Shown here: one piece after another, positions 1 through 15,000 of the stretch
How the letters are laid out: every line of letters starts with the position of its first letter
Position numbering within the stretch: position 1 is the first letter of the stretch
NCBI GenBank assembly: GCA_030650425.1
Contig: JAUSED010000005.1
Span: 14,932-78,931 of the forward strand
Direction of reading: 5' to 3'
DNA length: 64,000 nucleotides
Source of the DNA: Candidatus Omnitrophota bacterium
GTDB lineage: Bacteria; Omnitrophota; Gorgyraeia; Gygaellales; Profunditerraquicolaceae
Made by a program: the position numbers and the translations under genes
The notes under the pieces: generated by a model
Database searches by the model: none
Seen by the model: the letters and a program-made list of their open reading frames with translations, nothing else
Told to the model about the DNA's origin: nothing

Positions 1-3000
1 GGTGTCGGGACAGCTCTATTTGATGAGTTCAAAAATAGGGCATTTGATGAAACCCGATGGAATGTAGAGCGTATCACAAGCAGTGAAATTTTTGAGAACG
101 GAGCGGCCCTTAAATTTTGGACAAAGAAGGTTGGGCCGGAGAATATTGAGAAAGAACATCTGTCTATCAATGGTAAAGAGGTCATTGTCCACTACGTAAA
201 TTATTTTAAAGATTCAAAAGGCGCCGCCTCCAGCCCCGCCGCAGCATTTACTTTTGGCGCGGTGATAAAGATGGAAGGTTCTATTCTGCGTGTGTCGACG
301 TCTTCGCCGACCTTGGTCTTACCCATACATCATGAAACCCATCAGTGGAATCAATACTTTGACATCTTAAGCGGTGATGAGGGGATCGCCGTTATCAAAG
401 AAATATTGGATCAAGATACAAAAGCCTATATAGGTTTTGGTGATATGGTTGGAGTCCGCGTGATGAATAAGGCCCATAGCGAATCTTTTATTAATGCCCT
501 TATCCCTTATTCTGTCCGTATCGTTAATAACGTTATGGTGAAGTATGGCGGCCGCGCGATCCGTATTGGAGGCGATGAAATCGGGATTATTCTGCCTTCT
601 GTATGGAAGCATAAAGAGGCGGAAGCTATCCGGTTGGAGGCACAGCAGGAAGTCGGGAATTCCATCTTGGGCAAATTCGGATTCGTAAAAGTTAAATTTA
701 CAAATATCCCGAAGAAGGAACAGGCTAGAGTCTTGGAGTTGGCGCGGCTGGAATTGGGCAGTAAAGAGAACTTTTTGGCCGGCTTATATCTGGACCATGA
801 TGGCATCCTTATTGTTTATGACAGGTTCGGCACGACTCTTGAGAAAGGCCTTGAAGATAATCTGATTCTTTTGGGCGCCCGGTTGGCCGCTGAAGGTATC
901 GGGGGTTCTGTAAAAAGCATTGGTAAGCCGGTTGAATTAGCCAGCCCGCGTGTGCTGTTTGGCGTAGTGAGAGCGCCTGTGTTGGAAAATGTGCACGCAT
1001 CCTACGGCGCTGCCATTAGCTACGCTGAGCGTATTTTAAATCTTGCCAAAAAAAGAAATATCCCGGGCGCATTAAGAGCACGGTTTTATAAAATCTTAAA
1101 GACTTCCACGCTGCCGCCTATTTCAGAAGAAGAGAAAGCCGCGATTATCGCGGATTTTCCGGAAGTTAAGCTTTATCCGGATCAAATTGAAGCGTATTAT
1201 CCGGTCTTTAACCGTAAGGCGCTGGTTAACATTGTCGGCCAGGCGTTTCAGTTCAGTGGAGCGCAGCTGGTCAAGATAGAGTCTAAATATATGCCAAGAA
1301 ACGGTTTCGCGGCCCGTGTGCAGCGAGCGATTTACCGGGGAAGGGTTACAGTTGATGCACTAAGGGGTGACGGTAAAGGCTGGTTTGGATTCAAAGTAAT
1401 CAATGACTTTAAGAATCACCAAACTGCCAACCAAGTTATTCTCTCAAATGCCCAAGCCATTAATAAGGTATTGAGAGATCAAAATATCGCAGGCGTCTTA
1501 GTGGTCAGGGCACCGCCGGATAGCTTCTATTTGGTTGTCCCCGGTACCAAGATGTCCATTTTTACTCCGCAAGAACTTGTGGCTCTGACAGACGCCATCG
1601 AAAAAGAAATGAATAATTCCAAACCGCTCCAAACTATTCAGGCCAGTGTGCGGCTGACGGTTAATTCTGTTTCCAGTGAGGATGAAGGTAAAGGCATTCA
1701 TCCTCTCATTTCAAAAGTGGATAATCTAGCTAAGGTAACAATGAGTATCCCGTTCTTGGCCACAAAGGGTGGCAATGAAGTCAAGATATTCAAGCGTGAA
1801 TTTAATAGAGGGTTTGAAAGAGAGCTTGGTAAGTCAAGGAGCGTCGAACGTAAGAAATTCCAGAGTATCTTAGGAGTTACAGCTTTGTCTTCCACCAGCT
1901 CTCCTGTGGGTTTTAGCCCGTATGCATTCGAAGTTAAAATTTCCAAAGATAGCCGTGACTTGCTAGATAAAGCTTTGGCAGAAAAACTATTAAAATTACA
2001 GTTTGAGATCGTTAAGACACCTGTAGCAGAAGACGTGCGCACCACGGTGGCCGCCTTCAAAGGTGTTGGTTCGGACGGTAAGGATGTTCTGGGATTGGCA
2101 CGTAGCGTACAGAATGCCGGCAGCTTAAGTGCTTCTGCTGATGCCGGTTATAGCCTGATTGAGATTATTGACCGATTATTGGCTGACGGCGTGCAGGATA
2201 TTAAGCTTGTGCTCATCTATTATCCGTCAACGGCCAGCACATACGTACCGTCCATGAAATACTTGAATAATGGGCTTCCTAGAGAGGCAGCTTTCCAAAC
2301 TGTGATTACGCCGGATAGTAAACTTGGGAAACAGGAAGCGCTCAAAGAGCTGAAGGATGTCGTTGTTAAGGTAACCAAGCACGGAACAATAATCAATGCC
2401 ACTAATATGAATGGCAATAAAACCACGGTCAATATTGCCTGGGCCAAGGGATCCTCTTCGCCGTTCACTTCCAGCCCCGCAGCCGCAAACCAGCTTAAGA
2501 TTCTGCTTGTAGATGATGAAAGTAGTTTACGCGAGTTAACGCGTATGTTTTTAGAAATGAACGAGAATAAAGTTGATGAAGCAGTAGATGGCCAAGAGGC
2601 GCTAGAAAAGTTAGGCAGCACTAAATACGATTTAATTCTTACTGACTTAGATATGCCTAGAATGGGTGGCCTGGACTTGGCGCTTGCGGTCAGTCAATTC
2701 AGCAGAGGTGAATTAAATGCAAATACTCCTGTCATTATGACAAGCGGCAGAGGAATTAAGGCGGATATTATTTATTATATTGAAAATGAACTATCTGGCG
2801 CAGCCGATAAACTAAAAGTAGTGGAAAAAATAGCAGGATTCTTGAGTAAGCCATACATGAATAAGGAACTTATAAAGATGGTGGATAAAGTTATCTCGGC
2901 CAAGGAAAATTCTTCTTCTGAGGATAGCGGCTCTAGCCCCGCTTCCACAAAGCTTGTTAGTATTAGCAAAATAGCCAAAGATTCATGGGCAAGATTTACT

Positions 3001-6000
3001 AAGGAAAAAAGAATACTTTTCTGGAGAGTATTTGCTATTTCTTTGGACACGATAAAATTTGGAGTAATCGATGGCGACTGGATTAAAGAATTGGATGCGC
3101 AAATTTCTCAGGAAGCCAAAAATTATGGAGTCTCAAAAATAGATCTGCAAGAAGCGTTAGCTAAAATGGCTAAGCAGGAATTTGGCGATAGGGAGGGTTT
3201 AATCTTCAGTAGAGGCTCTTCACCGGTAGTGAATCAACAAACAACGGAGTGGGAAACAATAAGAGCTGTCTTGTTAGCGGCAATTTCTACCCTCTTAGAC
3301 TTGACCGGCATTCTGTACGATATCCTTGGAGCTTGGGAATATTTGACGATTATTCCTTTGTCAGTATGGTTGGGCAGGAAATTTATGCAAATAACAAAGC
3401 CTTATATGCTCGATAATAGATTACGGAATAGGATGTATGAGGCATTCCCTCTAAATCGGCCGAGTATAAAAACATCTCAAGAGAATATTCCAAAGCACGC
3501 CTCAAGCCTGGCCGGCTCCAGTCCGATTAATAAAAAACAGAAGAGTCAGATTAGAGAATTTATAAATTCTACTATACAAAACTTCGGCTTTGTTAGAATT
3601 AACGAAATAAAGGTTTATACTAAACATATGTTAGGAGCAGAGATAACGCAAGGAGAGGCTGAAAAGTTGTTCATAGAGGCTGGTTTAACGGAGAAAGAAG
3701 GGTTTTGGAAGTTTACCTCTAGTCCGGCTCAGGGGCTTGATAAAAAGATTATAATTCAAGAAGAGGACAAGGATAAGATTGGGTTAAGAGATGCGGAGGC
3801 GATCAAGAAAAGCCTAGTAAAGGGTATCGTAGAGAATGGAAATGTGCCAATGGTTATTGAGGCTATCCGGTCTATTTATGGAAAACTTATTAAAGAGACG
3901 GAGATTAAACAAATCGAAGTTCGATTATTTAATGACGATGGCAGCCATAAAAGAGTCTTTTTAGTTAAGGTTATTGGCGCGCAAGACGCGCGTTGGGAGT
4001 TTATACTTAAAGTCTTCAGGCCGCAGCCCGATGAATCGAGCGGCAGGCATATCCTGACGCCAGACGATATCAAACGCTCTAGAAAATCAGCTTATATCTT
4101 AAGCGCGGCCAGCCTTCATCCTAGAATAGGACCGGATATAGAAGTAAAACTTGATTCAGGAGAAATAGTCTCGGTTTATTCAGAGGCACGTGCCGAGGGA
4201 GACACGTTAGCTCAATTACGCCAACGTCTCGCGCTTGATTTCGCGAATGGAATACTTTCCCAAGAAAGATATTTAGCGGCATTGGATAAATTAGAGCGGA
4301 CCGTAGTGATGGGTGTTATACGAATGTGGTTAGTCTTAGGCAATCGCTATATTACAGATCCCAAGCCGGAAAATATTATCATTACAGGGAGTTTTGAAGA
4401 CGGTTATCAAATATTCTTTATTGATCTGGATTACGTAACAAAAGATGAGGTAAGCTTGGCTGAGGTGTTGGATACCTTGCGCAAGTTCTATGGGAAAAGA
4501 GAAGGGAAATGGACCAACAATATTATATATGCCTTAATTGATATGTATGGACACCAAGATGCGAAGGAAGCTTTGGAAGATGTTCTAAATAAGCAAATCC
4601 CAGATTTAGACAAAGAGTTGCGCAGGCAAGATGGCATTAGAGAAGAAGATTTTCCGGCGGGGGCTTTCACATATTTTGTTGAGTTAAAAGAAATGCTTTC
4701 AGGGTATAAGGAAGTCTTAAAAACTTATCAACGCATGGATGCTCATCGTAATTCAAGCCCGATAAATAAAAATATTAGATATTTTGGCGCAATAGTTGCA
4801 GGATTAACAACTTCTTCACCGATGGCCAAAAATATTCCGTTGACTCGCAGAGGCTTTATTAAGCTTACTGCTTTTCTTGTTGGCTTAGGTGTCTTGGATA
4901 CTCAAGAAGCGCTTTCTGTCGTCTCTAAGTTATCTACTCAAGAGTTATCTTCATATGTGGAATTCTTCTTAAATCAGGGAGGGTTCCAAAACTTTATTCC
5001 TTCGCATTATCCTTCCACAAAAGAAAACAAATCTAATCCTGATTATGCTTACCGTTATTATGCCGCCTACAGCTATGATATGGCCATATACGCGATTGTT
5101 TTAAAGATGCTTGGGTTTAGCTCTCAAGCAGAGAAAATCTTAGGGCCTTATAGTCAGATTCTTAATAAGGATATTTATCAGTCGCAGCCTAATTATGGAC
5201 CGGTAGGGGGTATTTTCCGTTCTATAAGGGTCTTGGAAAGAGAAGGAGAATGGTGGAAGAAGTGGGACTGGGGAGTAGAAGTAGGCCCGATGGCTTGGTT
5301 AGGTATTACTTCGCTAATCGTAAATCCTTCTCAGTTTAAGAATCTTGCGGTATATATCGCTGATTGGATTACAAAGCTTCAAGACAAAGATGGTGGTTTT
5401 AGAATGGGGCCTCGCGGCCAGTACCATCCTGAGGGCCCAGAGTTTTACTATAATACTAAATCTACAGAGAATAATGAGAGCGCTATTGCCTTCTTAGATT
5501 TACTTTATAGTTCCACAAAAGAATCAAAATACAGGGAAGCCAGTGACCGGGCATTTACCTGGATTATGAAAATGTACGATAAAGAGGCGGGGGTATTCTT
5601 TAGAGGCTCCCGTTTTGTTAATGATAAATGGGTGTCTGACGCCCATAATGATTTCGCGTCAGATACATCCAGCTGGGCTCCGTTTGAGAGATTGAAAGGA
5701 AAAGTCGGCTTACAAGGCATTGAAAGAATGCTTACTGAGACTTTAAAATTAACAGGTGTTTATGAAAATAATAAACTTTTAGGTGTAAGCTTCTCAATTT
5801 CGTCTAAGCCGGCAATTTCCATTGAGTGGTCATCTCAGTTTGCGTTAAGGGCCTTAAGGTTAGCCAATGAAACAAAGAATGAGCATTGGATTAATGTTTA
5901 TAACGACATTTCGCAGGCCCTTTCCAAATACTTTATAGATGTAAAGACATCTAATCTGGTTCCCGCGGAATACAAAAAGTATAAAGGCCAAGTTGCCCCG

Positions 6001-9000
6001 TACGCGGTCAATACGCAAGGCGAGCCAATGAGCCTTCCTACAGGGCACGGAGCGGTTACTCCTTTAAGCCTTGCTTCTTTAGCCTCTCTATATTATGTTT
6101 TCGCGGCAGCAAGATTCGATCCTTTAGAGAATATCAAAGTGAGTTCTTCGGTACTGCGGAACCCGCAGAATGAAATTTTCTTAAAATATGCTTCTTCAGC
6201 CGGTTTAAACCGTGATGGGCCTATTGGATTAGCCTCTAGCCCCGTAAAATCTTTTAGTTCTTTAGTTACCTCCGTTTATAAATTCTTCAAAAATACTTTT
6301 ATACAAAACCCGCTTTACTCGTTTGTTGTGATAGCAACATTTGTCGTAAATATCTACGTTGCCAAACTACTTTCAGAGAATATAGTTGCGCTTCCATTTG
6401 TTGTCTTATCCGTTTTATTAACATTGCAGAGTTATTCTATGATTAGTTTCGGTATCGCAGCCCTATTTGTTAAAGGCGCAAGGCCCCTAGCTCAGTTAGA
6501 ACAAAATGATTTGCCTCAAGTTACGGTTCAGATCCCAACGCGCAATGAACCGTTTGAAGTCGTAAGGATGACCATTGAGTCGGCAATGTCTTTAGATTAC
6601 CCAAGGAACCGGCTTGAAATTCAAGTGATCGATAATTCTGATTTATACATAAAAGACGCGGCAGGGGAGTTACGGCCTAACGGAAATTATTTGAGAATTA
6701 AAGAGTTCGCGAAGAACAATGCTAATAAAGGATTAATTTTTATTCACCGCGATGGGACGCAGGGGTATAAAGCCGGTAATCTTAACTTGGGCATGAAAAC
6801 AGCCGCTGGTGAATATTTCTTAATTTTAGACGTAGATTCAACGGTAGCTAAAGATACCCTTTTAAGCGCGCTCCCCGAATTTAAACATAACCACAGCCTT
6901 GGATTTGTGCAATTTGCTATGGAACCTACAAACACAGAAAATAATTCTTTAACAAAAGTGCTGGCGATAGGAGCAAGAATATTACGTTCCCAACAGGCGG
7001 CAAAGACAAAATACGGGTTTACCCTTTTCTATGGCCATAACGGTATTTGGCGAAAGAGCGCGCTTGATAAGATCGGCGGGTGGCAGGCTACTGTTTCTGA
7101 AGATACTGATACAGCGATTGAGGCGCGCTTGGCAGGTTTTTATGGAAAATATCTGCCTTATGTAATCAGCGGAGAATGGTCTCCTACGAGCTTTGCGGAG
7201 GTACAGAAACGAACGCGAAAATTTGCATTTGGGACAACACAGTTATTCTTTCAGAAAGTTATAAGAATTTTAGCCTCAAAAGCGTTGCATTGGTATGAAA
7301 AAATAGATATCCTGTTACATTTATTGAAATATCCTCTTAGCGCGACTATCTTACTTTTAGTTTTCTTGCCGTTCTTTATTCCTTCGCAAACACCATTAAT
7401 ACTGGGGATTTTTATGATGTATATAGCTCCATTAACTCCTATTTGGCTTCTACTGGTCAAAGATTTAATAAAAAGTGATTATAGAAATGCTTTTGAGACG
7501 TTGCGGAGAATTCCTGCCATGACATCAATATTTAACGCAACGATTCCTGCTATCGCAATAGGAACTATATTTGCGTTGGTTGGCAAGCAGGAAGGATTTA
7601 AAATAACCTTTAAGGGAAAACTAACGAACCCTTTATTAGCCCAGGTTATTAAAATAAACGCATTCGGTATAATAACCGGTTCAGTTTATTTCGTTATTTT
7701 ATGGATATTTTCGCCTTTGCAGAACAATATTGCGTACTTACCGGCTATGACGATGGCTGCTGTTCTTATAGGGCCTTTTAGGCATAGTTTTGCCAGGGTG
7801 GCGCAGAAACAGCCCGATGTAGGCCTGCCGAATATACTTGATTTACTTGAAGAAGGGCTTATTCATACTCCTAAGTCTTATGGTTCTGTAAACACAAAAA
7901 ATACCAGAATTAATAATAAGTGGGCGAGCATCGGGTTTGATTTGACGCGGCCTGTTGATGTAACTCATTATGACTATTTAATTGTAAGGGTAAAGGGCGC
8001 GCAGGGTGGAGAACGCATTCAGGTGAATTTGCGCGATAATCTTTGGGAAGACTATGATACCCCGCAGGCAAAGAGTAATATCGTTCCTGATGCCGGATTG
8101 TTGAGAGAAAATTGGCAGGACGTAAGCATTGATTTAAGCGCGCTCCTCAATAGGGAACGCATAGACCTAAGCCATTTATCGCATTTGGCTATTGAAATCG
8201 GCCAAGACACTGTTGGTAACCTGTCCGGAACAGAGATTGAAATTGAGCGGATTTATTTTGTTAGCTCGCCTGTATCGCCACATCAAAGCGTTTCTTGGTC
8301 GCCAGCAGTTATAGAAAGCAATCTTAGGGAACTTACAGGCCTGATTAATAGGATTATTGCGTTAGCAAGGAATCCGAATGTGAATAATAAAAAGATAGAA
8401 GGATACGCAAAAGACGCCACGATCATAGCCCGAGAATTAAGGAATAATGAGGCAAATGAAAGCGCGTATGCTCGTGAATACAGGGAGCAGGAAAAGAGAT
8501 TAATCAATGTGCGGAATTCAATATATTATAAGAAGAATGATGGCGGAAGGAATATTGTCGGCAATAAAATAAGGCGTAATTACGAGCGTAAATTGATGTT
8601 CGGTTTCCTTTTAACCAGAAATGAAGTTAAGGACTTAAGAGCGCTCTGGAGAGAATTCGATGTCCAATGTCTCTATGGTTATAATTTCGAGAGTAAAAAA
8701 CTACTTACTCTGAAAACATTGGCCAAGGCTTACAATAGAGTAGGGGATATTGGTCTATTAAGGCCTATTTTGGATCAAGTAATTTCTTATCTTCCAACAT
8801 ACCTTAGGCCGTCAAGAAGGATAGCTTATATATCTTTAGAGAGGGCCTTAAAAGCATATGAAATGTCTTTATATGATCTAGAAGCGGTTTTGGAAGACTT
8901 TGAAGAAAAAACAAATGGATTTTTTACCGCAAAGAGGGCCTACACAACCTATTTACAGCCAAAAGCAGAGGAATTATACGCTACGGAGCAGCTTTGGGAA

Positions 9001-12000
9001 GATTTTGAAGAGGGATCAAATAAATTCTTTGACTTCGGGGATTATTATAGTTTTTATCATCTCTGGCGTAAAGAAGCATATTATAACGCAAATAGGGCTA
9101 GGAGAGGAAAGCGGGGAACGACGAAGAAATTCGATGATTCCAAACTAACCGCAAGGCCGATGGAAGCCACGTTGAGGCTCGCGAATGATCTTACAAGATA
9201 CAAACTACGTGAGGAAGGCAGGTTCGATGAATTATTTAAAGATAACGAAGGACATTCCGGTTCGCCTATAGAGAATACCGCAAGAGTGCCACAGAAAACC
9301 TTCGGCGCGGTGGTCAAATGGTTCGGGGAGGCAGCCTCCAGCCCAGTTGCTCCAAGGCCGTCATTACGAACGAGCGCGGCGAATGAAGCAATCTTGCTTT
9401 TAGGGATTGCTTTGTCGTCCGCCATAGAGCTTAGGCGGATTCCTCGCAATGACACAGGTGTTAATGCTAACAGCAAGCTTTACACGCAATTTGCCGCCTC
9501 ATCCGGCATAACGCGCGCCGGGCCGGCAAAATTATTAGCAGTTTCATTAGCCTCTTTATTTATCGCGGGCGCAGCCTTATATTTAGGTTATTTGCTACAG
9601 GCCTTTATCTCATTTAATATAGGCTATTTATCTGTTATTCTGATTACCCCATTTATATATATCGGGGTATTGTTTATCTCCGCGTTCATTCGCATTAAAT
9701 TAAGCAGCTACATTAGATTATCGAGGTTGCCTGATGTCTTACAAAATAATCTGCTTATCTATGAGAAAACGTATCTTGAAGGTAAAGGCGAATTCAGCGC
9801 ATATTGGGCGCAGATTAAAGATTTATTCTCTTCCAGGCCTTTTATAAGCCTTATTGGCATAGCTGGTAGTATCGGAATACTCCAATTATTATCCACAGCC
9901 ATTGCTTATACCATTCCCGCAGGGTTAATAACTGGGCCGTTATTGACAGCGGTCATCTTCGGCATACCCATTCTAGTTGCCCTCATTCCTTTACTAAAAG
10001 CATTGCTTTTAATTTTACCCGGTGGCGAGAAAGAAGAGCCGCTTGCGTATTTAAAATATTTAGGCTTTCATATCGCAGGGGTAGTTTTAGGAAGTATGCT
10101 CTTTTGGAAGGGGTTAGTTGTTATTTTACCTTTCCTGAAGTCTCCGATTTTAGCTTTTAGCCTGTTTGGCCTTTCTTTAGCCGGCTTAGCCCTGAATCGC
10201 TACTTACTCAAACGGCCGGGATTAGGCCTGGCCAGCGCTATTCTAGGTGTTTTAGGTTTAGGCTTAAGCAGTGACCCACTGGTAAAATATTTAACTTTCC
10301 TTACGCCCTATATCTTTGAAGATCTAATTTCTTATTTCATTGTGGCGACATATTTCTCCGTAGGCATAAGCATAGCGATAGTGGCATTAAACGCAATCTT
10401 CCACGATAAAGAAAATAGAAAATTGGCGATAGGGACCAAATTTACTATTCCAATTGCAGCCGTAATTACGATTTTAACTTCTTTACTTATCGGCCTTTAT
10501 TTCCTTAACCCCTCTATGGGGCATATCATCAAGCCGTTTATCGTTGCCGCGGGTTTTGGCGCAATTGCCTTGGTGGGTTATTTAAGGAGCGGTTACCGGA
10601 TAAAGAGCCTGGCAATTTCCTCTTTAAGTAAAAAAGAGCTAACAGCTAAAATTAAGAAAAAGTTGTCCCCGGAAGTATTTGCGGCTATCCCTTTCCATAG
10701 TTACAGCAGATTGCAGCTGCGTTCCATCTACCTATTTATTTTAGAATTAGAAGAAAAGCCGGGAGCTAAAGCGCAGGATACTGATGAACCTAAGGATTTA
10801 ATCAAGCGTTTGATGATGGCCAGGGGCGCTTTTCTCTTTGCCGGTATCTTTGCGGAAGTTATGGATGCGGTTTTGGAAGTGCTGGAGCTTATGGAAAGAG
10901 GCACCAAGTGCCTACCGCCTATTTTAACCATTCCTTATTATATCGCGGCCAGCTTTGCTCTCGTGCCGTATTTTGTGGGTAAGGTAGCAGTAGAATTCTT
11001 TACTTCCCATATACATAGGAATTATGAGCGCCTGGAAAAGCTTAATAACGCGCCTGCGCTTGAGGTCGCCAATTTGCAAGAAGAAATCTTAGCCAGGGCC
11101 AACCAGAAATATACTCTCCTCAGGCATTTAGAGGATGACGCCTCAGCCAGTAATAAAGAACATCCACTCTTATCCGGCTTAGTCAGGATTGCTTGGTCCA
11201 GAATTTTCATTGTTTTGGTCGGCTGGCTCTTTAGCGGCCCGGTTGCCTTGGCGTTAGTTACTCGCTTCCCGTATCTTTTTGCAGGTGAAGCTGATTTCTT
11301 AAGGAGCCTCTGCGATTTATTGCCGGCTTACTTGAGCCAGCATCTAGAGCCTAGCTGGTTTAATCTCTTAAGGGTCTATTTTCTTAATTTGGTGTTATCC
11401 TGGGGCATTGCCAAGAAAATCAGCGAAGATATCAAAGCAAATTTCGCGAGTAACTGGCACTATCTTTGGATTATCCCGTCAGCAATCGTAATTTATGCGC
11501 TTAGCTCTTTAGTCTTTCCGGCAATTGCCGCCGGCTTTGCCCAAGTCCTGCCGCAAGGAATAGCGATTATTCTTGCTATGGCTAGTTATTCGCTCTTGAT
11601 TATCGGAGTCTCTAAGATAGTCAAGAGGAATGCAGATTTTAAAGTCTTGGGGATATTGCACAACAGCTTGAGTTATCAAGTTGGCTTCTGGGTTTCTTTT
11701 GTAGGATTATTGATTATCGGCGTAGAAATCGGCTTAGCTGTTGTCTTGGCGCACATTGTAGAGGGGCCAATAGGCGATATCCTGATAAGCTGGGAAAGCC
11801 ATAATGGCGTAATTAATTTAGGTGATGATGTGGTTGGAGGCTTGGAAAGAGGGGGAGAGCAGGGTATCAAATTCGCCACAGGCAAAGAAGTTGAAATTAA
11901 CACGAGTGGCTGGCTGTATAAATTATTCGGCGGCATAGGCGAGTATCGGCAAGCGCAATGGGCCGCGCAATCAGGTTCATTGGAACTTTATACGGACAGG

Positions 12001-15000
12001 AATTTACGTAAGGCTGCCGCAGCTAAAAATAAGAATTTCGAAGCATTATTTGGTGAAGTGTCATTATGGGCCCGCTTCTTGCTGCGCGATAAATCAGTTG
12101 AGGCCGCAGAATTATTAACCAAGGAGATTGTTGGCAGTAAAACAAAGCAAAGTTCTGCTCAGGTAGCGCCAAAGGATCATACAGAAGAAGGTAAACAGCC
12201 AATAGCAAAAGAAGCAGTAAGAAAAGAGCCCTATATTGTGAAACCGGGGGACAATCTATCCACGATTGCCCAAAAGACATTAGGTAAGGCAGGATTATGG
12301 CCCAAGATTTATGAGCTAAATAAAAAGGTAATCGGGAGTAATCCGAATTTAATCTTTGCCGGACAGAAATTTTCCCTGCCTGAGCAAGAGAAAGCGCTGA
12401 AGAAAGAAGATGCGCGTCCTGTTGTAGGCGGCGCTAAAGAAACTAACGCCAGCCGCGCTCCTCAGGCGCCGGATAACCAAGAGATTAACTCCCTCATTAA
12501 GGAAACCAATAGTTTAGCCTCTCAAGTTAAGAATAAAGAGCCTGATCTTAAGTCTGAGCAACTTTTAAAGAAATATAAGTTAATTGATAATGCGCTTGAG
12601 AAGTTAAGCGATAGAATCCAGAATCTTAAAACCCCTATTCCTGATCCTAAAATTAATATTAGTTTACCGGATTGGTTGGAGCAAGGCATAATTTTTCGGA
12701 CTAAGCTTAACCGGTTACGTCAGAAGGTTATTGAAATAGGGGATAAGCTTGCTGAGATGACTAACCTGATTAAGAACGAGCAGGATGCCAAGAGACAAAA
12801 ATTCATCCAAGAAGCGGCAACTGAAGCAACCTATCTGGAGAATCTGAAGAAATTCCGCAGCCTGTTGCCAGTATCTTATGCCCAAGACCCGGCTGAATAT
12901 GGCAAATCTTATATTTATGACTTAGCGGTGTATATTGATGTGTTAAGTTACTCTGATACCAAAAAAGCAGAAGAGCTCCTGCGTTTATTCACTTTCTTCT
13001 TCGGCAAAGGCAAAGACGGCTTTAGCAATGCTTATAATCTTTCTAATTTAAGCGGCTTCCAGCAGAAAACTACCGGGCCGCTGGCGCACTTGATTATCGC
13101 GATTAGTAATTATGAGGCTAGGAAGCTAGCAGGACAGGAGTCGTATTTAGAGGTAGCCGAGAATATCGCGGATTATTTGTTAAAAGAATTGTATGCCGGC
13201 GATAAAGGAGTCTTTAGGTTTACCAGCGACAAGAAAGACCCGGATAATTATAACTTAGTTTCTACCGAGCATCAGATTTCCGCTTACGCGGCCTTTAACT
13301 GGCTAGTTACGCGGGTCCAAGATGCGGCTAAAAAGGCAAAATACTCGCAAGTAGAATCCGGCTTAATCAAATACTTAGTTGACAGCTATGATAAGGCAGG
13401 TTATTTCTATGCCGGTTATAAATTAGATAAGCATGAATTTGACCAACGGCCGGCTGCGGATTTAGGGCCTTGGGCAATGCTGGCTTTGGGAGAAAAGATT
13501 ACAGCCATTGAGCCTACGCCGAAGAAGATCGTTGAATATGCCAAAGCTAACCTGTTGGTCAAGGTAGATTATTATTCAGCCCGCGAGCAAAAAACTGAAA
13601 TAGAATTGATGCCCTTCGGTAAAGAGTCCAAGGCAGATAAAGTAGGAAGCTTTGAGTGGAGCGCCTTCTGGATTATGGCTGCGCGTATGGCTGGGGATGA
13701 GGATTTGGCAGGCAGGCTGCAAAGTTCACTGCAAAAGGTTAGCGTAAACGGTATTCTGCCTTATGCCTCCAAAGAGGGCCACCCAACAGGATTTAATTGG
13801 AACACGGCTAAGGGTCCGGCTTTGATCTCTACTTCGTGGAATATTTTGGCTGGCGAGGATATCAACATCTTCAATCCGCAGGCGCCGGCTAAAACCATCG
13901 CTGTGGAAAAATTAGAGCAAATTGCCAAGGTTTTTGCCTTCTCCGAAGAAAAATACCGCAAGTTAGGCATTGGTTATAATGTGGATGAAATTCAGCGTTC
14001 CCTTGAAGGAATACAACGCACTGTAAAGCAAATGCAGTTGATGCTTTCTACCACCAAGGACCGGAATACCCAGAGATTGCTGGAGTTTTACTTCAATTTC
14101 TTTACCGCGGATCCGCTCTTTAATACTTTAGGCGCCTTCACTTTTGGTAAGATGGGCGCAGGCATAAGTTTTGGCGGTAAATACGGCTCGCTAATGACTA
14201 TGGCTAACACTATTTACGGCTTAACCAGAAGCCTGAACTTCATTGGTATTGCCACCGCGGTAACTACAGCCGCGGATATCTATTCTATGCCGGGGATGGA
14301 AAAATTGGAAGGCAAGCATGGCGGTATCCTGAAAAGAAAAGGGAATGTTTTTGACGCGGGAGTGCTGGAAGTTGCTCGGCCAGAAGCAGAGCTTAATGCC
14401 ACCTATGATCCTAAAACCGGAGATATTTTGGTTAAAGAAAGCAAAGAGCATTTACTGCAGATTAAGCTGCCGCACAACGTAGCCTCTGATTGGATTAATA
14501 AAATTGTAGAGTATTTTAAAACTAAAATTAAAGGCGACGAAGACAATCAGATTAGCCCGCTGAAAAAATATGACGCGGTAGTCTTTTTCTCCGATATCCA
14601 CAAGGCAGCATATAAAGAAGCGTTCTTTGGCGAAGATAATAATGATAAGTATGTCTATTTTGCCAAGAGGCAGGGTAGATACCAATATATTATCAAGGTT
14701 AATGTGGATGACACCAAAGAGATTAAGGTAATTTCGCAGGCGCTGATGTTTACTGATGAAACCCGGCAGTTCCTGGTTGATGCAAAGTTATGGATGGATG
14801 ACGGAGAGTTGCTTGTTTTGCCTTCAGCCTTACGCTTAAGCTATGCCAAAGATTTTGTCAGGGCAGTAGCCGGGGCTATGAATGCTCAAGAATTTAATGC
14901 CGGAGCGGAAATCGACCCTCTAACCGGCAAGGTATATTTTTATAACGATATCAGCCAGATCAGCGCGATTGTGCGCAACCAGAATGCGGTTCCGTTTAAT

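Noticed and set aside
8900-9148. The eight plus-strand ORFs of the track (all in frame +2: 8900, 20936, 25151, 44936, 52301, 57860, 58088, 61613)
   Set aside because: All are short, out of frame with the coding frame, and have non-protein-like translations.
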